A stretch of DNA of 64,000 nucleotides, taken from NCBI RefSeq assembly GCF_009914755.1, contig NC_060931.1; one strand, given 5' to 3'. Source of the DNA: the human T2T-CHM13v2.0 reference genome, Homo sapiens. A model generated the notes under the pieces. It was given only the letters and a program-made list of their open reading frames with translations, was not told the DNA's origin and made no database searches. The translations under genes and the position numbers were made by a program. Of the stretch, positions 30,591 to 55,091 are shown piece by piece; positions within the stretch are counted from its first letter, which is position 1, and every line of letters begins with the position of its first letter.

Positions 30591-31816
30591 AAAAAAAAGT
30601 TCAACAACAACAGATAAATCTAGAATTTAATAACAGATGTACCATAGTTCTTAAAGTATAATTTTTTACTCTCCCCAGTCTGCCATTTTACTAAAGACAA
30701 ATCATGGTATGACCAAGTTGCTTTATTATACTTGGCCTGATTATTTGTACGAAGTGCAGCAAGAATAATTATTTTTACATAGGTTTTAAAAATTGGATTT
30801 GATGAAACTGTTCCATAAAATGAATCTCAGATAAGACTTTTTAAAGCTGAGCCAGCCATGAGTCTATACCCTCAAATATGAGTTGCATAAATTTCTTTTT
30901 TGATACCACGGGATAACTTGGGGCTCATGAACCTGTCAAAAAGTGACATTATTTACTTACCCCAGGTTAGGAACCCTGTATAGGGACTGTGTAGACAAGG
31001 CATAAAGCCAGTTTTCCCAAGGGGCTTTTATTGGCTCTATAAGTCAAGTTTGATTCCTTAAAGGAAAGCACGTCATTCCAGCCAAAGCCTTGGCAAAATA
31101 ACTAATTTCTCCAACAGTGTCCTGTTGCAGAAGAAAACATTATTTTGCACTTATACAAATTATATTGCCATAAGTTAAGAATACTCACAAATAGTTTCCA
31201 AATTCTGGAGAAAACAGATAGAAACAAATGTGCTCCAAATTTTGTTTACAGAAATATATTTTACTCAATTGCTAAAAGCTGTAAATAGCTCAAAATAAAA
31301 GTTTCCAGGACTCTGAAAAACAAAACAATGGATCACCAATATTTTAAGCAAAGTCAAAAAGATTACTTTAGTCTTACATTAGTTCACTCCACGCAGTTAT
31401 CTCCTGTTCTGCTTGATATTGATGAACATTTCAGCTCTCCATGAGAGTTCTGAAAGTTTTTTCTTTATTCTATTGCCAAAATTTCCAAAGTTATCAGAAA
31501 CCTGCATTTAAGAGCACCTGTCAACGTCCTAAACCTGATTATAAATCACCTTTCAAAGAGCGTTAAAACAAGACAACAATTGTCTGTGGATGACAAAGAA
31601 GTCTTAGGACAGCCACTATTAAAGCTACAATTGACAGATTTTGGTTACTTCTGTTGCATACAATGATTTTACATAACAATTATTACTATTAATAACATAC
31701 ACTAAGTTATATTGGAATTATGGGAATTTTCCCTTTTTTTGAATCACATACCAATAACATATTTATACAAATACAGCCCAAGGAAAACCAAACACCATTT
31801 CATATTTGACAATATT

Positions 31817-32126
<310 letters not shown>

Positions 32127-33750
32127 TGACAATGCTTTCTGACATTTCCTCCTGTTTGATTTTTATACGAAATAAGCCAAATGTCATTTTTGTATTTTAG
32201 AGGACCTAATATCTAAAAGATATTTAGGTAAGAAAAATACATAATTTATAATTTGATTTTTTAAAGGTTTGTCAAATATCAAATCCCAGGTTATCATAAG
32301 TCACTCACTAACCAAAATGATAACTCAAAAATTTTAAAAAGACAAAAACCTTTACTCACTAATAGAGGGAAGACTTCACTTTCCACACAATCTTTTTTTC
32401 CTTTCCTTTTGCTCCAGTTTATTCAAAAGGGCAGACAAAAATATGTCATTTTTAAAATATTACATGAAAATCTTGTTCATGAAGAAAAGCTAAATCTCAC
32501 CCTTGCATTAATGTACTATTGATGTCAAACCTAATTCTTAATAAAACCTTATAGACAAATCTATCTAGTCTTAATCAGTTTGACAATAAGGTAAGATTCC
32601 TATAACCCTTTTATAATACTTTACAATTTTTGTGAAAGAGCAGAGTAGTGCTCTAAAGAAAACCAGTTGTACTTTTATTCCAGTGTTCAATTTATAAAAA
32701 ACTGAATACCCCTTTAACTTTAGCCAATATGTTAACACACAGAATTTCTTTTACCAGATGTAAATTTTTACGAACTTTTCACAACTTGGTTAATCCTTCA
32801 GCTCTGTTTTATCTAATTTAAAACAATCCTTTGACCCTTTAATTTAGGACAAAAGTAATCTACATTCCCATGACTTCTTGTAATCTTTTACTGAAAACAC
32901 ATTTGACTTTTTTTACATACCTAGCATGTAAAACTGTTTTTATTTCCCAATGATTACTAAAGTGATGTAAACTAAAATACACCATGGTTTCTATTTTTCT
33001 GATAAAATATTTGATTTGAGCTCTTATTATTTTTAAACCAATTAATCAAATCTCCTTCATATTACACACACAACACATATAAATACACAGCTGGAAGAAG
33101 ATCAAGTACCTGTAAGATTTTTCATTTGTCAGTTTCTCAATTGGATTACCACCCTGGCTTTAAGATGGATCCATAGGATAAATAGGACCAGGAAAGCAAA
33201 AACTAAGCAATTTCAACAGCTTAATAAGTAGGCACAGCTGGAAGGCAAAACAGATTTGCGCCCCCCCCCCCCCACCCCGCAAATTAAGACTCCTATTTTC
33301 ATACTAGAACCTGGATCCCAAAAAGAGGGAATCAGCCCATCTCCCATTGGCATCTTACCTGTCAGTGGGGGGCGGGGACATTTCCATGCCTTCTAGGTGG
33401 CCAAGAGCACACTTCTCTGATTCAAATATGCAAAAAGCCAAGTATCCCCCCATAGCTGCCATTAGCCATCCCTGAATGTATATTTCCTACCTACTTATTA
33501 CATATCTAAATTTTTTCGTAACGTGAAGTAATTTCTGATACCCCAGAAAGTAAAAACCATCAGATAATGCAAAGCAAAAATGGAACAGAGCCTTAGACTT
33601 TGAGAGGGATCTATCCACTTCCAATTCCTGGAGTTTCATGAAGAAAACAGATGTTTCTCCCAAAATGCCTATTGTGGCACCTCCTCTGTTTTTTCTAAGG
33701 ACTTCTAGCTGTTGGAGCTTGAATATCTGCAATTAATTAAGCTGACTTTT

Positions 33751-34065
33751 GGGCCAGGTGTTGTGGCTCATGCCTGTAATCCCAGCACTTTGTGAGACCA
33801 AGGCAGGCAGATCAATTGAGGTCAGGAATTCAAGACCAGCCTGGCCAACATGGTGAAACCCCGTCTCTACTAAAAGTACAAAAATTAGCCGTGTGTGGTG
33901 GTGGGTGTCTGTAATCCCTGCTACTCAGGAGGCTGAGGCAGGGGAATTGCTTGATTCCCGGGAGGTGGAGGTTGCAGTGAGCCAAGATTGCACCATTGCA
34001 CTCCAGCCTGAGTGACAGACCAAGACTCCATCTCAAAATAAATAAATAAAATAATAATAATAATT
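33751..34065 (+). mobile_element. Alu (AluS-like)
   Basis: Full Alu; aattaagc...cttt duplication. Confidence 0.9.
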
Positions 34066-34869
34066 AAGCCAGCTTTTAACCATGATGCTCTTTCTGAAAA
34101 CATGTATTTAATTCTCTCATTGCTTGACTTTAGCCATGCCAAATTGCCAATATTTCTGGCTTTTGAACTTTACTAACATAATGTCACAGGTGAAACAAAT
34201 AAGCCTTTTTTTGTTTTGTTTGTTTTGTTTTGTTTTGTTTTGTGATGGAGTCTCCCACTGTCGCCCAGGCTGGAGTGCAGTGACCAAACTTGGCTCACTG
34301 AAACCTCCACCTCCTGAAACCAATAAGCTTTAACTAAGGTTAAGAACCTAACCACAAGTGTACAAGGTATTTTCAAAAAGGTGGCAAAGCAGTTTTTACA
34401 AAATCTAGAATCTTCAAAGGTAGCTCAGAGAAAGGAAAATCCAAAATGTTTCATGGAGGGGAAGAGAATCAACAAATGTTCACACAGATATCAAATCAGA
34501 AAGGACTCATCTCCTAAGCTAGAAATTGAACCCTGAACCCAGGCTGCCACTGTGAGACAGCAAAGCCCAACTACTGAGCTACAGCACTGAGCAGTCTCCG
34601 TTGGAGTCTCCCAGAAGAAGCCTCCAGCAGCCAATTTTGAGCTTGCAAAGGTTTTTAACTGCTCAAGATCATTTTTAGAGTTAAGTATAACATAAATTTC
34701 AAAATTTATGTATGCTGGATGGTAGAAACCAAGAGAAAATACTGCCACATGGCTACAAGGTCAAGCTCCCAAGAACATAAAACAAGAGGGAAACTTCATC
34801 CATTGTTTTGTTGTTGTTGTTGTTGTTGTTGTTTGTTTCAGGGACTTCTTTTTTGTTTCTTTGGGAGTA

Positions 34870-35159
34870 TTTTTTTTGAGACTGAGTCTTGCTCTGTGTC
34901 CCAGGCTGGAGTGCAGTAGCATGAACTCAGCTCACTGCAACCTCTGCCTCCCAGGTTCAAGCAATTCTCCCTGCCTCAGCCCACTGAGTAGCTGAAACTG
35001 CAAGTGTCTGCCACCACCCTGGCTAATTTTTGTATTTTTTGTAGAGACGAGGTTTTGCCATGTTGGCCAGGCTGGTCTTCAACTCATGACCTCAGGTGAT
35101 CCGCCCACCTCGGCCTCCCAAAGTGCTGAGATTACAGGCGTGAGTCACCATGCCTGGCC
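34870..35159 (-). mobile_element. Alu (AluS-like)
   Basis: Full Alu; TSD tgtttcagggacttct. Confidence 0.9.
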
Positions 35160-35246
35160 TGTTTCAGGGACTTCTGACCAGAAGTTTCAACATGTGATCT
35201 CTGCGCAAGATGGTGGCCTAGAGTAACAGAAAAGATAGGAAAGGAA

Positions 35247-35277
<31 letters not shown>

Positions 35278-35492
35278 TTGCCTATGGCAGGGCAGGAAAG
35301 GTGAGGAGCTGAGGAAAGCCAGAGAAAGACCCAAGCATTGCACCGAATCAAAAGTTTAGGTGGCCGCTTGTTGGTTGTGAAAGAATCTTTTTTGCAGTCC
35401 CATCTGCTCTCAAGTTTCCCACTTTAGGGAGGAAAAATCTCCACATGTTCCATGATTCTGTACTCACCTAATTCTGTCAGCCACAGCCATTA

Positions 35493-35835
<343 letters not shown>

Positions 35836-36252
35836 CAAAGACAGCAATGGTTAATATTCCATAATGCCAAATCTAATCTTAACTGAGAGGGACTTTACTG
35901 AGAGGGGCCTCTAACCCCCTAAATCTTAGGAAAGACTCTAACCTTTCTAAGTTGCACCTCAAACACAAGTTTTTCAAGTGTTCTTGCCTTTTATTAAAAG
36001 GGACCTTTTATCTTATCTGTCTTAGGAGACACTCTAACTCCACTAAATTGGGCTACTAACCCGATTCCATTCTTTACCCGGGTATGCCACCACTTACAAA
36101 AAGTTAGCCAATTGGTAATTCAGTCTATTTCCTTTGAGCTGCGGGTTTCCTTAGTATCATCCTTTTGTAATTCACTGAAAAGAAGCTTCCAGAAATGGCC
36201 CCAATTCAGAAATGAAGATTGGGTTCTTGGATCTCGTACAAGAAATAATTTA

Positions 36253-36672
<420 letters not shown>

Positions 36673-36736
36673 CTAAGGATACTTAACAGTTACTTCTTGA
36701 GTATATGCTAACCAAGGGGTGGATTATTCATGAGTT

Positions 36737-36766
36737 TTACAAGAAAGACGTGGGCAATTCCCAGAA
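36737..36766. promoter_or_regulatory. Tandem GAS (STAT1) motifs within MER41B: TTACAAGAA (variant) and TTCCCAGAA (perfect)
   Basis: TTCNNNGAA at 36758-36766 and TTANNNGAA at 36737-36745, at the known tandem-GAS position of MER41B; function not shown. Confidence 0.55.
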
Positions 36767-37135
36767 CTGAGTGTTTCTCTTCTTTTTAGACCATGTAAGG
36801 TAACTTTCTGATGTTGCCATGGCATTCGTTAACTGTCACGGCGCTGGTGGGAATGTCTTTCACATGCTAATGCATTATAATTAGCGTGTAGTGATTCCTG
36901 AGGACAACCAGAGGTCCCTTTCATTCCCACCTTGGTTTCGGTGGATTTTTGTGGCTTCTTTACTGCAAACTGTTTTATCAGCAAGGTCTTTGTAAAATGG
37001 ATCTTGTTCCAATCTTCTATTTATCCTGTGACTTAGAAAGCCGGGCCTCATGGAAATGCAGTCCTGTAGGTCTCAGCCCCATTTTACCCAGCACCTATTC
37101 CAGATGCAGTTTCTCTGCTTCAGACGCCTCTGACA

Positions 37136-37715
<580 letters not shown>

Positions 37716-37751
37716 GGATTGCCTCCCTTCTGAAATCTCAGGCTGTCCGCA

Positions 37752-38422
<671 letters not shown>

Positions 38423-38559
38423 CTGCAAAGGATCCGCAGCAAGGAAGGGCATAAAATCCTAAATTTTAAAATAATTGTCATTATTTCAATTTATGAATAA
38501 ATATTATATATCATTTATAAATGCATATGACATTATACACAAGGTTAAATGCAAATATC

Positions 38560-38800
38560 CTCTGAAGTTGGCCTGGCTCAGATCAAGGAAGAAGCCCTGC
38601 CTGTGAAGGCTGCAGCCTAGGCTGTTATTTTTGCTTCGCTCAGCCCAGTGTCTGATCAAATATTCCCTCACTCAGGGCATGAAGGGTGGGGCCTGAAACC
38701 TTATCCAATCAGGAGCCGTGGTCTAGAAACTGTCCAATCAGGCATGCAGCTGGAAAGAACAGGCTACTTCCGTAATTTTGCGGGTCCTTTGTGTTTTTCT
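38560..38800 (+). promoter_or_regulatory. ZNF91-family-type promoter: GC box and two CCAAT boxes
   Basis: gggtggggc at ~38684; ccaatcagg at ~38705 and ~38734; lies just upstream of exon 1. Confidence 0.65.
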
Positions 38801-38898
38801 GCGTCCAGAGCTGCAGTTCTTCTCTTCACTGCTCTGTGTCCTCTGCTCCTAGAGGCCAAGCCTATGTGTCCTTGTGTCCTGCAGGTATCTGCAGATTT

Positions 38899-38937
38899 AT
38901 GGCTAAAAGACCGGGACCCCCTGGAAGCCGGGAAATG
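38899..38937 (+). CDS. ZNF733P: Coding exon 1 (MAKRPGPPGSREM)
   Basis: ATG at 38899; donor ATG|gtgagt at 38938. Confidence 0.85.
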
Positions 38938-39609
38938 GTGAGTGCTGGGTCTGTCATCGTGAGAGAGGGGTGGGGGCTGGTTGGAACCGGCAGAAAGTGG
39001 CTGTAGCAGGTCCCAGACTTTCTCGCAGTCAGCTCCAGAGCCTGACGACCCAAATCGTCTTTGGCCCAGCTCGGCTCTCGTCCCCTCCAGCCGCAAGATG
39101 GTGCCTGGGCCAGCGCCTGGGACCCTGGGATTTCTGTCTTTTTCCTCTGCAGTGGCTTTACCCTGGACTGGAGGCCTCTCTGGTTTGCTCTGCACTCCCA
39201 GCGCCTCATCTCACCCAGATTGTACAGGGATGGGAAAGTCATCAGGGGAGAATCCTGACTCAGGGTGCAAGATTCATGAGTGGAAAGAGCTGTGGTCCTG
39301 GGGTCCTTAGTTCCTCATTTTTCCTTTTAGAGATGTACGGGAGTCACTCTAAAAATGAGAATCTGATCAAAGTGTGATTCAAGAATCATAGAGTGCCCAG
39401 CTATGGTTTGTGGGTTGTGATCCATGGGAGAGACTTGAAGAAAAGTCTGTTATAAGTTTCATGACGAAGCAAACCAGATTCAATAATTGGTTTGGTACAG
39501 TTATGTAGTTTATTTGTGAGATCCAGGTAAAAATTTCTTGGTTATGTCATCAGAGATTAATTGGCAGGCTGTGGTTGCCTAGGCTTGAATATTTTCTTCA
39601 AGATAGTAA

Positions 39610-40625
<1,016 letters not shown>

Positions 40626-40676
40626 TTATTCTAATTGTTTTTATTTGAATTATTTCTTTTTTTCCCATCAGTCTAG

Positions 40677-41090
<414 letters not shown>

Positions 41091-42849
41091 TGACTTTTGT
41101 GAGCTGTGAAGTTGGTTTGCTCTTACTTTTGAAATTCTTTTAATTGTAACATTAGATTTTTAAATTGAGATCTTTCTAACTTTTTGATATGGATGTTTAG
41201 TGATATGCATTTTATTCTTAACACTGCCTTAGCTCTAACCCTGAGATTCTGGTATGTTGTATTTCGGTTGTAATTAGTTTCAAAAATTTTATTTCTGCCT
41301 TAATTTCATTATTTCCAAAATAGCCATTTGGAAGCTGATTATTCCATTTTTATGTAAATGCATCCTTTCACATGTTTTTTTTGTATTGAATTATTCTATA
41401 CATTTTCTTTTTAAAATTAATGAGAAAGATAAGAAGAAATAAAAATGCTGTGCTCTTAATCTAAATGCTAAAAATTATTCAGCACTTAGTACCAACTCCC
41501 AGGGTGCTATGAAAATTAAATCACAAAATGTGTTATTCCCAGCGCAGTGTTCTGTGACATGCTCCTGAGCACACAGTACCTGCTTAGTAAACGTTTTATT
41601 AGTACATGTGTACAGGTTTCCCAGGTGCAGATTCACTCAGACGTTGCTGTCTTCTGTTGTCCCTGTAAACTTAAAAAAGCCAACAAAAATATAGCATTTC
41701 AGGGTGGAAATTGGTTGTTTTTATTTGTAGCAGAAGTATTAGTATTGTGACAAATGTGGTGTGTGTAAGGGACTCTGCTGTGCCTGCTTTCTCTTGCTAA
41801 TGCTAATAATGTGTCTGGGAAAGCACAATCAGCATTTACAGGGGACTTGCTGTAAAAGCCCATTCCTGGACCCTTTTGGATCCTGCAGAATCACGTTGCA
41901 TAGAGCGGGGCCAAGATTACCAAGTGATTTATAAACTTGAGGGGTTCAAGATACATTCAGGAGAGTTTAGTTCAACCTTTGCCTCAAAGGAAGGCTGCAC
42001 TGCCTGCCCTGTTTCAGTTTGGTAGGAAGAGGTCAGTGCGGTTCATGTTCCCATTACTCTAAAGAAAATTGCTGGTTTCTGATAGGGGAGGGCAGAGACA
42101 AAGAAACTTATATTTTAATAGCTGTGGAGAAGCTCATTGTTCTCTCATTGCTCTTAAATCTTTTCAGTTATAAACAACAAAAATGGGTGAATGTTTTCTG
42201 CAAGTCTCGGTCTTCCGCCCGTGGGTGTGTGTGGTGGTAGCAGGTGAATAGGTTGCACTTTAAAGTCATATTCTCAAGATGCAGGTTTGATATGTCCAGA
42301 GCATCTTATCTGAAAATACATTTCAGAGAAAGAGGAGGAAAAGAAACAAATCACTTTTTCTCAGGTGAGCATGTCTCAGATCAAGCGCAGTGTCCACTCT
42401 GCCTTTTGGAATGCCTTGTGTTCAGAACTTGCAAAGTTTTACTTCTCTACTCGTGCTGTTGATCCCTAATGAGTTTGTTTCAACTATTTTTTGTGATTTT
42501 TATGATAGTCAAGGGGTTCTGAAAAAAATATTTGTTTTCTCTATGCCATAGCATTCTATACATTTCTCTTCATCTTGGATTCTTGTATATCATGCAGAAT
42601 TCTTACCACAAATTTATGACCTACGATATATAAAATGTTCCCATTGTAGCTGTTGAACATTAGAAGGTGTGGATACTCAAGATTTCTATTGGGGAAACAC
42701 CGTTGTCTTTGGAGATTAGTGAAAAGTGAAACATGTTATATTGAGGTTTCATCTGTGTGCTCTATTAGTTCCATGCAGAACAGCGTTTAGAAAATGCTCA
42801 TTTAAACAGGGTGGCATTTATTATACAGAAAGTTCTGAAAAAACTGTTA

Positions 42850-43341
<492 letters not shown>

Positions 43342-43924
43342 TTATAATTTACTTTTCTGAGAGGAGAGAAATGCCACAGCAGTGATGCTGTGTTGTGTGT
43401 GCATCAGCACATAATAAAAATGTGTCCTAATAAAGTTGATAACAATTTTATTCACTTGGTTCAAGATCTCTATGACATTTTTTTCCACTCTAGAGTTAAT
43501 TCTTATTCTCTTAATTATTAAGGACACTTAGGAGATTTACTAGCTGAAGTGCATAAACCGTTGCATTTAATCTGGAAGCTGTCCTTTCCTTTTAGATGAC
43601 TTTTGCTTATATTTGTCTTTTAAAAATGAAGGCTCTTATCTTTATTTACAGGTGAGAGAAACTGGGAAAAACCCAAACTCTGCCATTTACTGGATATTTG
43701 ACAAAATATTCTTACTAGGCTAGAAACATTGGTGAGCTTGCTAAAAATTCAGAAATTCAGACTTCCTCCGAAATCTCCTGAAACAAAATCTCACAAGATC
43801 TTTAGTTATTGCACATACTAAGACTTGAGAGGTATCTTCCAATTCATCATGACTCTTCTATCTGAGAAATATACACAACTTATTCTATATGATGTAAATA
43901 TAGCACTCAAAAATGGACATGTCC

Positions 43925-44250
<326 letters not shown>

Positions 44251-44394
44251 TTAATTTTATAATGTATCATCCAGAAAAGTATCAAATCTACAGTGGTATT
44301 GTGGATCTTATGCTATCCTCTTTTCTCAGAGTTAGAGAATACTTCAGTGTTAAAAATTATCTTATTGAATAATTTTAGTCACTCTTGTAAGTGA

Positions 44395-44658
<264 letters not shown>

Positions 44659-45085
44659 TAATTCCTAATATATTGCTTTTCTCTTTTCTAAGATGTTTTT
44701 GGTAATTTCTGCTTTGCATGAATGAATTTTAGATCTCCAATTTTAAGAAAATCTTGGGGATTCATTGCTGTAGAACAAATTCTTCAAGATGTTTTATCTT
44801 GACCAGAACTTTTGCCTTTCCTGAGCTTATGTATCTTTTGCTCTAGGTTAGTGGGAATTCCAAAAATGCCATGGCATAAAAGATCGTTGCCCACACATTA
44901 GAATTCAGTTGCTGCCACCAATTTTTGATTCAGTAGTACTGAGTAGTGAAATTAAGGACCTACAAATTTAAAATATTTTCTGAATATTTAGAAAGTTCTA
45001 TTATGAATCAATATTAATTTTCTAGAATTTTCTATTATATCCTCTAAGCATAATACTAATTTGGTAATTAAAGAATTCAGCATGA

Positions 45086-45217
<132 letters not shown>

Positions 45218-45849
45218 TGAGAGCAAATGAAGCAGATGAGACAGATGAGAGGTACACAAATAAAGGAGGCAGCCAGTCCTTAAAATGTGGTCTGGGGAGC
45301 TGTCCTTTGATGAAAAGAGTTTCTGAGAAGCTCAAGTCATTTTTTCCTTTTGCTCTCACATAGGGACACCTCCTGCCTCATGCTGTTAAAGTCTCTAAGG
45401 ATTCCACTTCTGCTTCAATAATCTTTCTTCAGGTTCACAGTGTGAGCCAAAGTTTTCTTTAAAGGTTATCAGGGACTGCGCAAACTGACTGCTTTGCCAT
45501 TGCTTTTGGGGACACACTAATATCTGCATATTTTTGGAAAACTCTAAACCATTAAAAATTTTTTTTTGCATCATGTCTAAGATGTGTGAGAATAGTAGTT
45601 TCTCTTTCATTGGTGGTCATCCATTTTTCTGCACATGCCATTCTGTTTTTATTACTATAGCCTTGAAATATATTTTAAAGTTTTTACAAATTTTTTACAA
45701 ATTGTTTAATTTTTTATATGTATTTATTTATTTAGAGGCTTGGTTATCACCCCACTTGCACTTGCTGTGGGGGGATATGCAAGCAGGGTACCTTTTATGC
45801 CTTCATTTTACTGTGTTGCATATTTTAGATATAGACTCATAAATGGTAT

Positions 45850-49550
<3,701 letters not shown>

Positions 49551-49989
49551 TGTCTTTGGTAGAGATTCTGGGATTCTCACAAACATGTTCTCAGGATGTG
49601 TTTTGTCTGCAATTTGTATTTATTTTTCAATTAAAAGACTTCTTCATATTTCTTCTTAGTGGTCAGTAACTACGTTCTACACCTATCTTCTACCCATCAT
49701 ACTGCAGTCTTTCTGCGGTTGTAACATTCACTTTTGAGCTCAGAAGACTTAAAGCTGTTATTAAAGGCACTATGTTCTTCTACTGGGCATGAGGAAGGGC
49801 TGTGTTGGGTAAATGTAGCAGACCTTTCTTTTCTCTCTATATGGCTCTGGACATCGTGCTCACATGGTGCACACACTTACTTTATTTATAAATTTCCAAC
49901 AAAGGTATTTTGATCACTATGATTTTGTTACATTTATACATCTATGAAGGAATTATGGCCTGTGGTATTTTGATATGGCATTTTGCTAA

Positions 49990-51870
<1,881 letters not shown>

Positions 51871-52568
51871 CCTAAGAGAACTTATATTACAGAGACCCTA
51901 GAAACAAAAAAAAAGTGACAAAACCTTTAAGCACATCTCAGGCCTTACATAATATCTGATCATTCATTCTAGAGAGAAACTCTACAAAAGCAAAGAATGT
52001 GGTAAAGCTGTTAACTAGTCTTGAACCCTTATTATACATAAGAGAATTAATACTGAAGAGAAACCCTGCAATAAGCAATATGGTAATGTCTTTAAAAAGT
52101 CCTCAAACCTGAATAAATGTAAGATAATTGATATTGGAGAGAAACGCTGCAATTGTAGAAAAAAATGTGGCAAACCCTTTAACTGATTCTCCATGCTTAC
52201 TCACTGAAAAATTTTATACTGGAGAGAAATTCTGCTTACATAAAACTGTGACAGAGCATTTAAGCACACCTCAAACTTTTCTAAAAAAGAGAAATCATAC
52301 TGGTGAGAGACTCTAGAAATGTGTTAAAGGTGGCAAGGACTTTAAATGGTAGTCACACATTATGGTAGGTAAGATAGTTTATACTGAAGAAGACTCCTAC
52401 AAATATGAAGAATGTGGCAAAACTTTTAACAAATTCTCACACCTTATGGTACAGGAAAGCATTTATACTAGAGAAAAATTGTACAAATACAAAGAATGTG
52501 AAAAGCCATTAATATCAGGTCACATCTTACTCAATATCAGAAAGTTTATACTTAATAAAGGGATTATA

Positions 52569-52858
<290 letters not shown>

Positions 52859-53529
52859 TTATAAATGTGATTACTGTAAAAAGACCTTTTGGAAAATATA
52901 GGCCTTTAAAGTAAAGACCAGTTATTCTGAAGACAAACATACAAACTGAAAGAGGATTGCTGTACCTTTACTTCCATTACAGATTTTATTGTACACATTT
53001 CATATTAAAGGAAAAATTTGAAGATCTGAGAAGATGCTCAAACTTTGTTGAACATTAGAGAGTTTATATTGGAGAGAATGTCTAAACATGTAATGAATGT
53101 GAAAAACATTTGTTCAAAACCTACAGCTTAGAAAACACCAGGTTGTACTAAATATTTTTGCAGAACCAGTAAATGGGGAAAACATATTAAATCAAAAATT
53201 AAGTCTATATAAACATCTGAGGAGTCACAGTAGAAAGAATGAAGGCACTGAAACTTCATACATTACACTAAATCAGAGGGTTGAGTGTAAAAGAGATCCA
53301 AAGCTAACACCATATACATGTTAAGAAGTAGATTTTTTGGAGATTCATAATTACCTTCGAGGTATGCTTCTTTCTTCTATTAAAAAAATAGTTTCTGAAA
53401 AGCAAATAATAATGTAACTGAAGTCTCAGATTCCGTCATGTTGACTCTTCCCATTGTTTGTGAAAGTATTTGATCAGTTGTTTCATCAGAGATAGGAGAG
53501 ATTGTTTTTTATCAATTGTACGTTTATGT

Positions 53530-53545
53530 AATAAAATGCAATAAA
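53530..53545 (+). terminator. Candidate distal polyadenylation signals (two AATAAA)
   Basis: AATAAA at 53530 and 53540, followed by T/GT-rich sequence; other AATAAA at 51588, ~52092 and ~52554. Confidence 0.4.
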
Positions 53546-53761
53546 TTTAAAAATTTTTTAAAGATTATGTGTCTACTTAATGTTTTCATTAAACAAAGTT
53601 GCTTTTAATGTGTTAAAACTATTGTGCTTTGAATGAAGTGTTAATTTGTCATCAGATTTAATGGGTCCCATTTTACTTAAGGTTCTAAGTAAAAGATGGT
53701 AACAATGTACTATTTGTTAATGTAGGGGAATGACATCTCTAGTAATCTCTTTTTTGCCAGT

Positions 53762-54078
53762 GTTGTTTGTTTGTTTGTTTGTTTGTTTGTTTTGAAATGG
53801 AGTCTTGCTCTGTTGCTTAGGCTGGAGTGCAGTGACATGATGTCGGCTCACTGCAAACTTTACCTCCTGGGTCCAGGCGATTCTCCTGCCTTCAGTCTGC
53901 CAAGTAGCAGGGATTACATGCACATTCCACCACGCCTGGCTAATTTTTGTATTTTTAGTAGAGATGGGGTTTCACCATGTTGGCCAGGCTGGTCTTTAAC
54001 TCCTGATCTCAGGTGGTCCACCCGCCTCAGTGCCCCAAATTGGTGGGGTTACAGGCGTGGGTCACCATGCCTGTCCTG
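53762..54078 (-). mobile_element. Alu with (TTTG)n tail
   Basis: Full Alu; gccagtg duplication. Confidence 0.88.
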
Positions 54079-54551
54079 CCAGTGGTTTAAACTGCAAATA
54101 AGTAGAATAATTTTTTTCTCATAGATCAAATTTGTATTCTTTTTTACCCTATTTAGATTTTTAAAAAAATTTTGTGGGTGGATAGTGTGCATACACACTT
54201 ACGGCATATATGAGATATTTTAACACAGGCATACGTTAGTTAATTATCACAGCAGCGTATATGAGGTATTCCTCAACTTGAGCACGTATTTATCCTTTGT
54301 ATTACAATCTCATTATACAGTTTTATTTTAATATGTGCAATTCAATTATTACTAACCATAGCGTCATTTTATGGTCATAAAAATTGCATGAGCATAATTA
54401 ATATACATTTCTGAGTCTTGATTAAATATTTTTAAAAAATTGTTTTGTATATTTTTGTACATGTGGCCTCTCTGCTGACAAACAAAAACAGACATTTTGT
54501 TTTGATTTACAGAGACTTATATATATAAATATATTACTCTAAAGATATATC

Positions 54552-54876
<325 letters not shown>

Positions 54877-55091
54877 GTATATATATATATATATACACAT
54901 ATATATGTGAAAGTTATGTAGCAAGTGAGTGTGTTTTTGTGTGAGTTTGTATGCATTTTCAGAACAGAAGAACAATATTGAAACAAAATATTATTTTAAT
55001 AAGGTGGATAATTAAAGAGAAACCTGGAAACCTCAGAGATTCTCAAAAAAATCTATATTCTGTGACTTGTATTGAATTCGTTACTGTAAAA

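Noticed and set aside
38764-39377. Several ORFs overlapping exon 1 and the start of intron 1
   Set aside because: GC-rich promoter-proximal sequence; only the 13-codon exon ending at the GT donor fits the family gene structure
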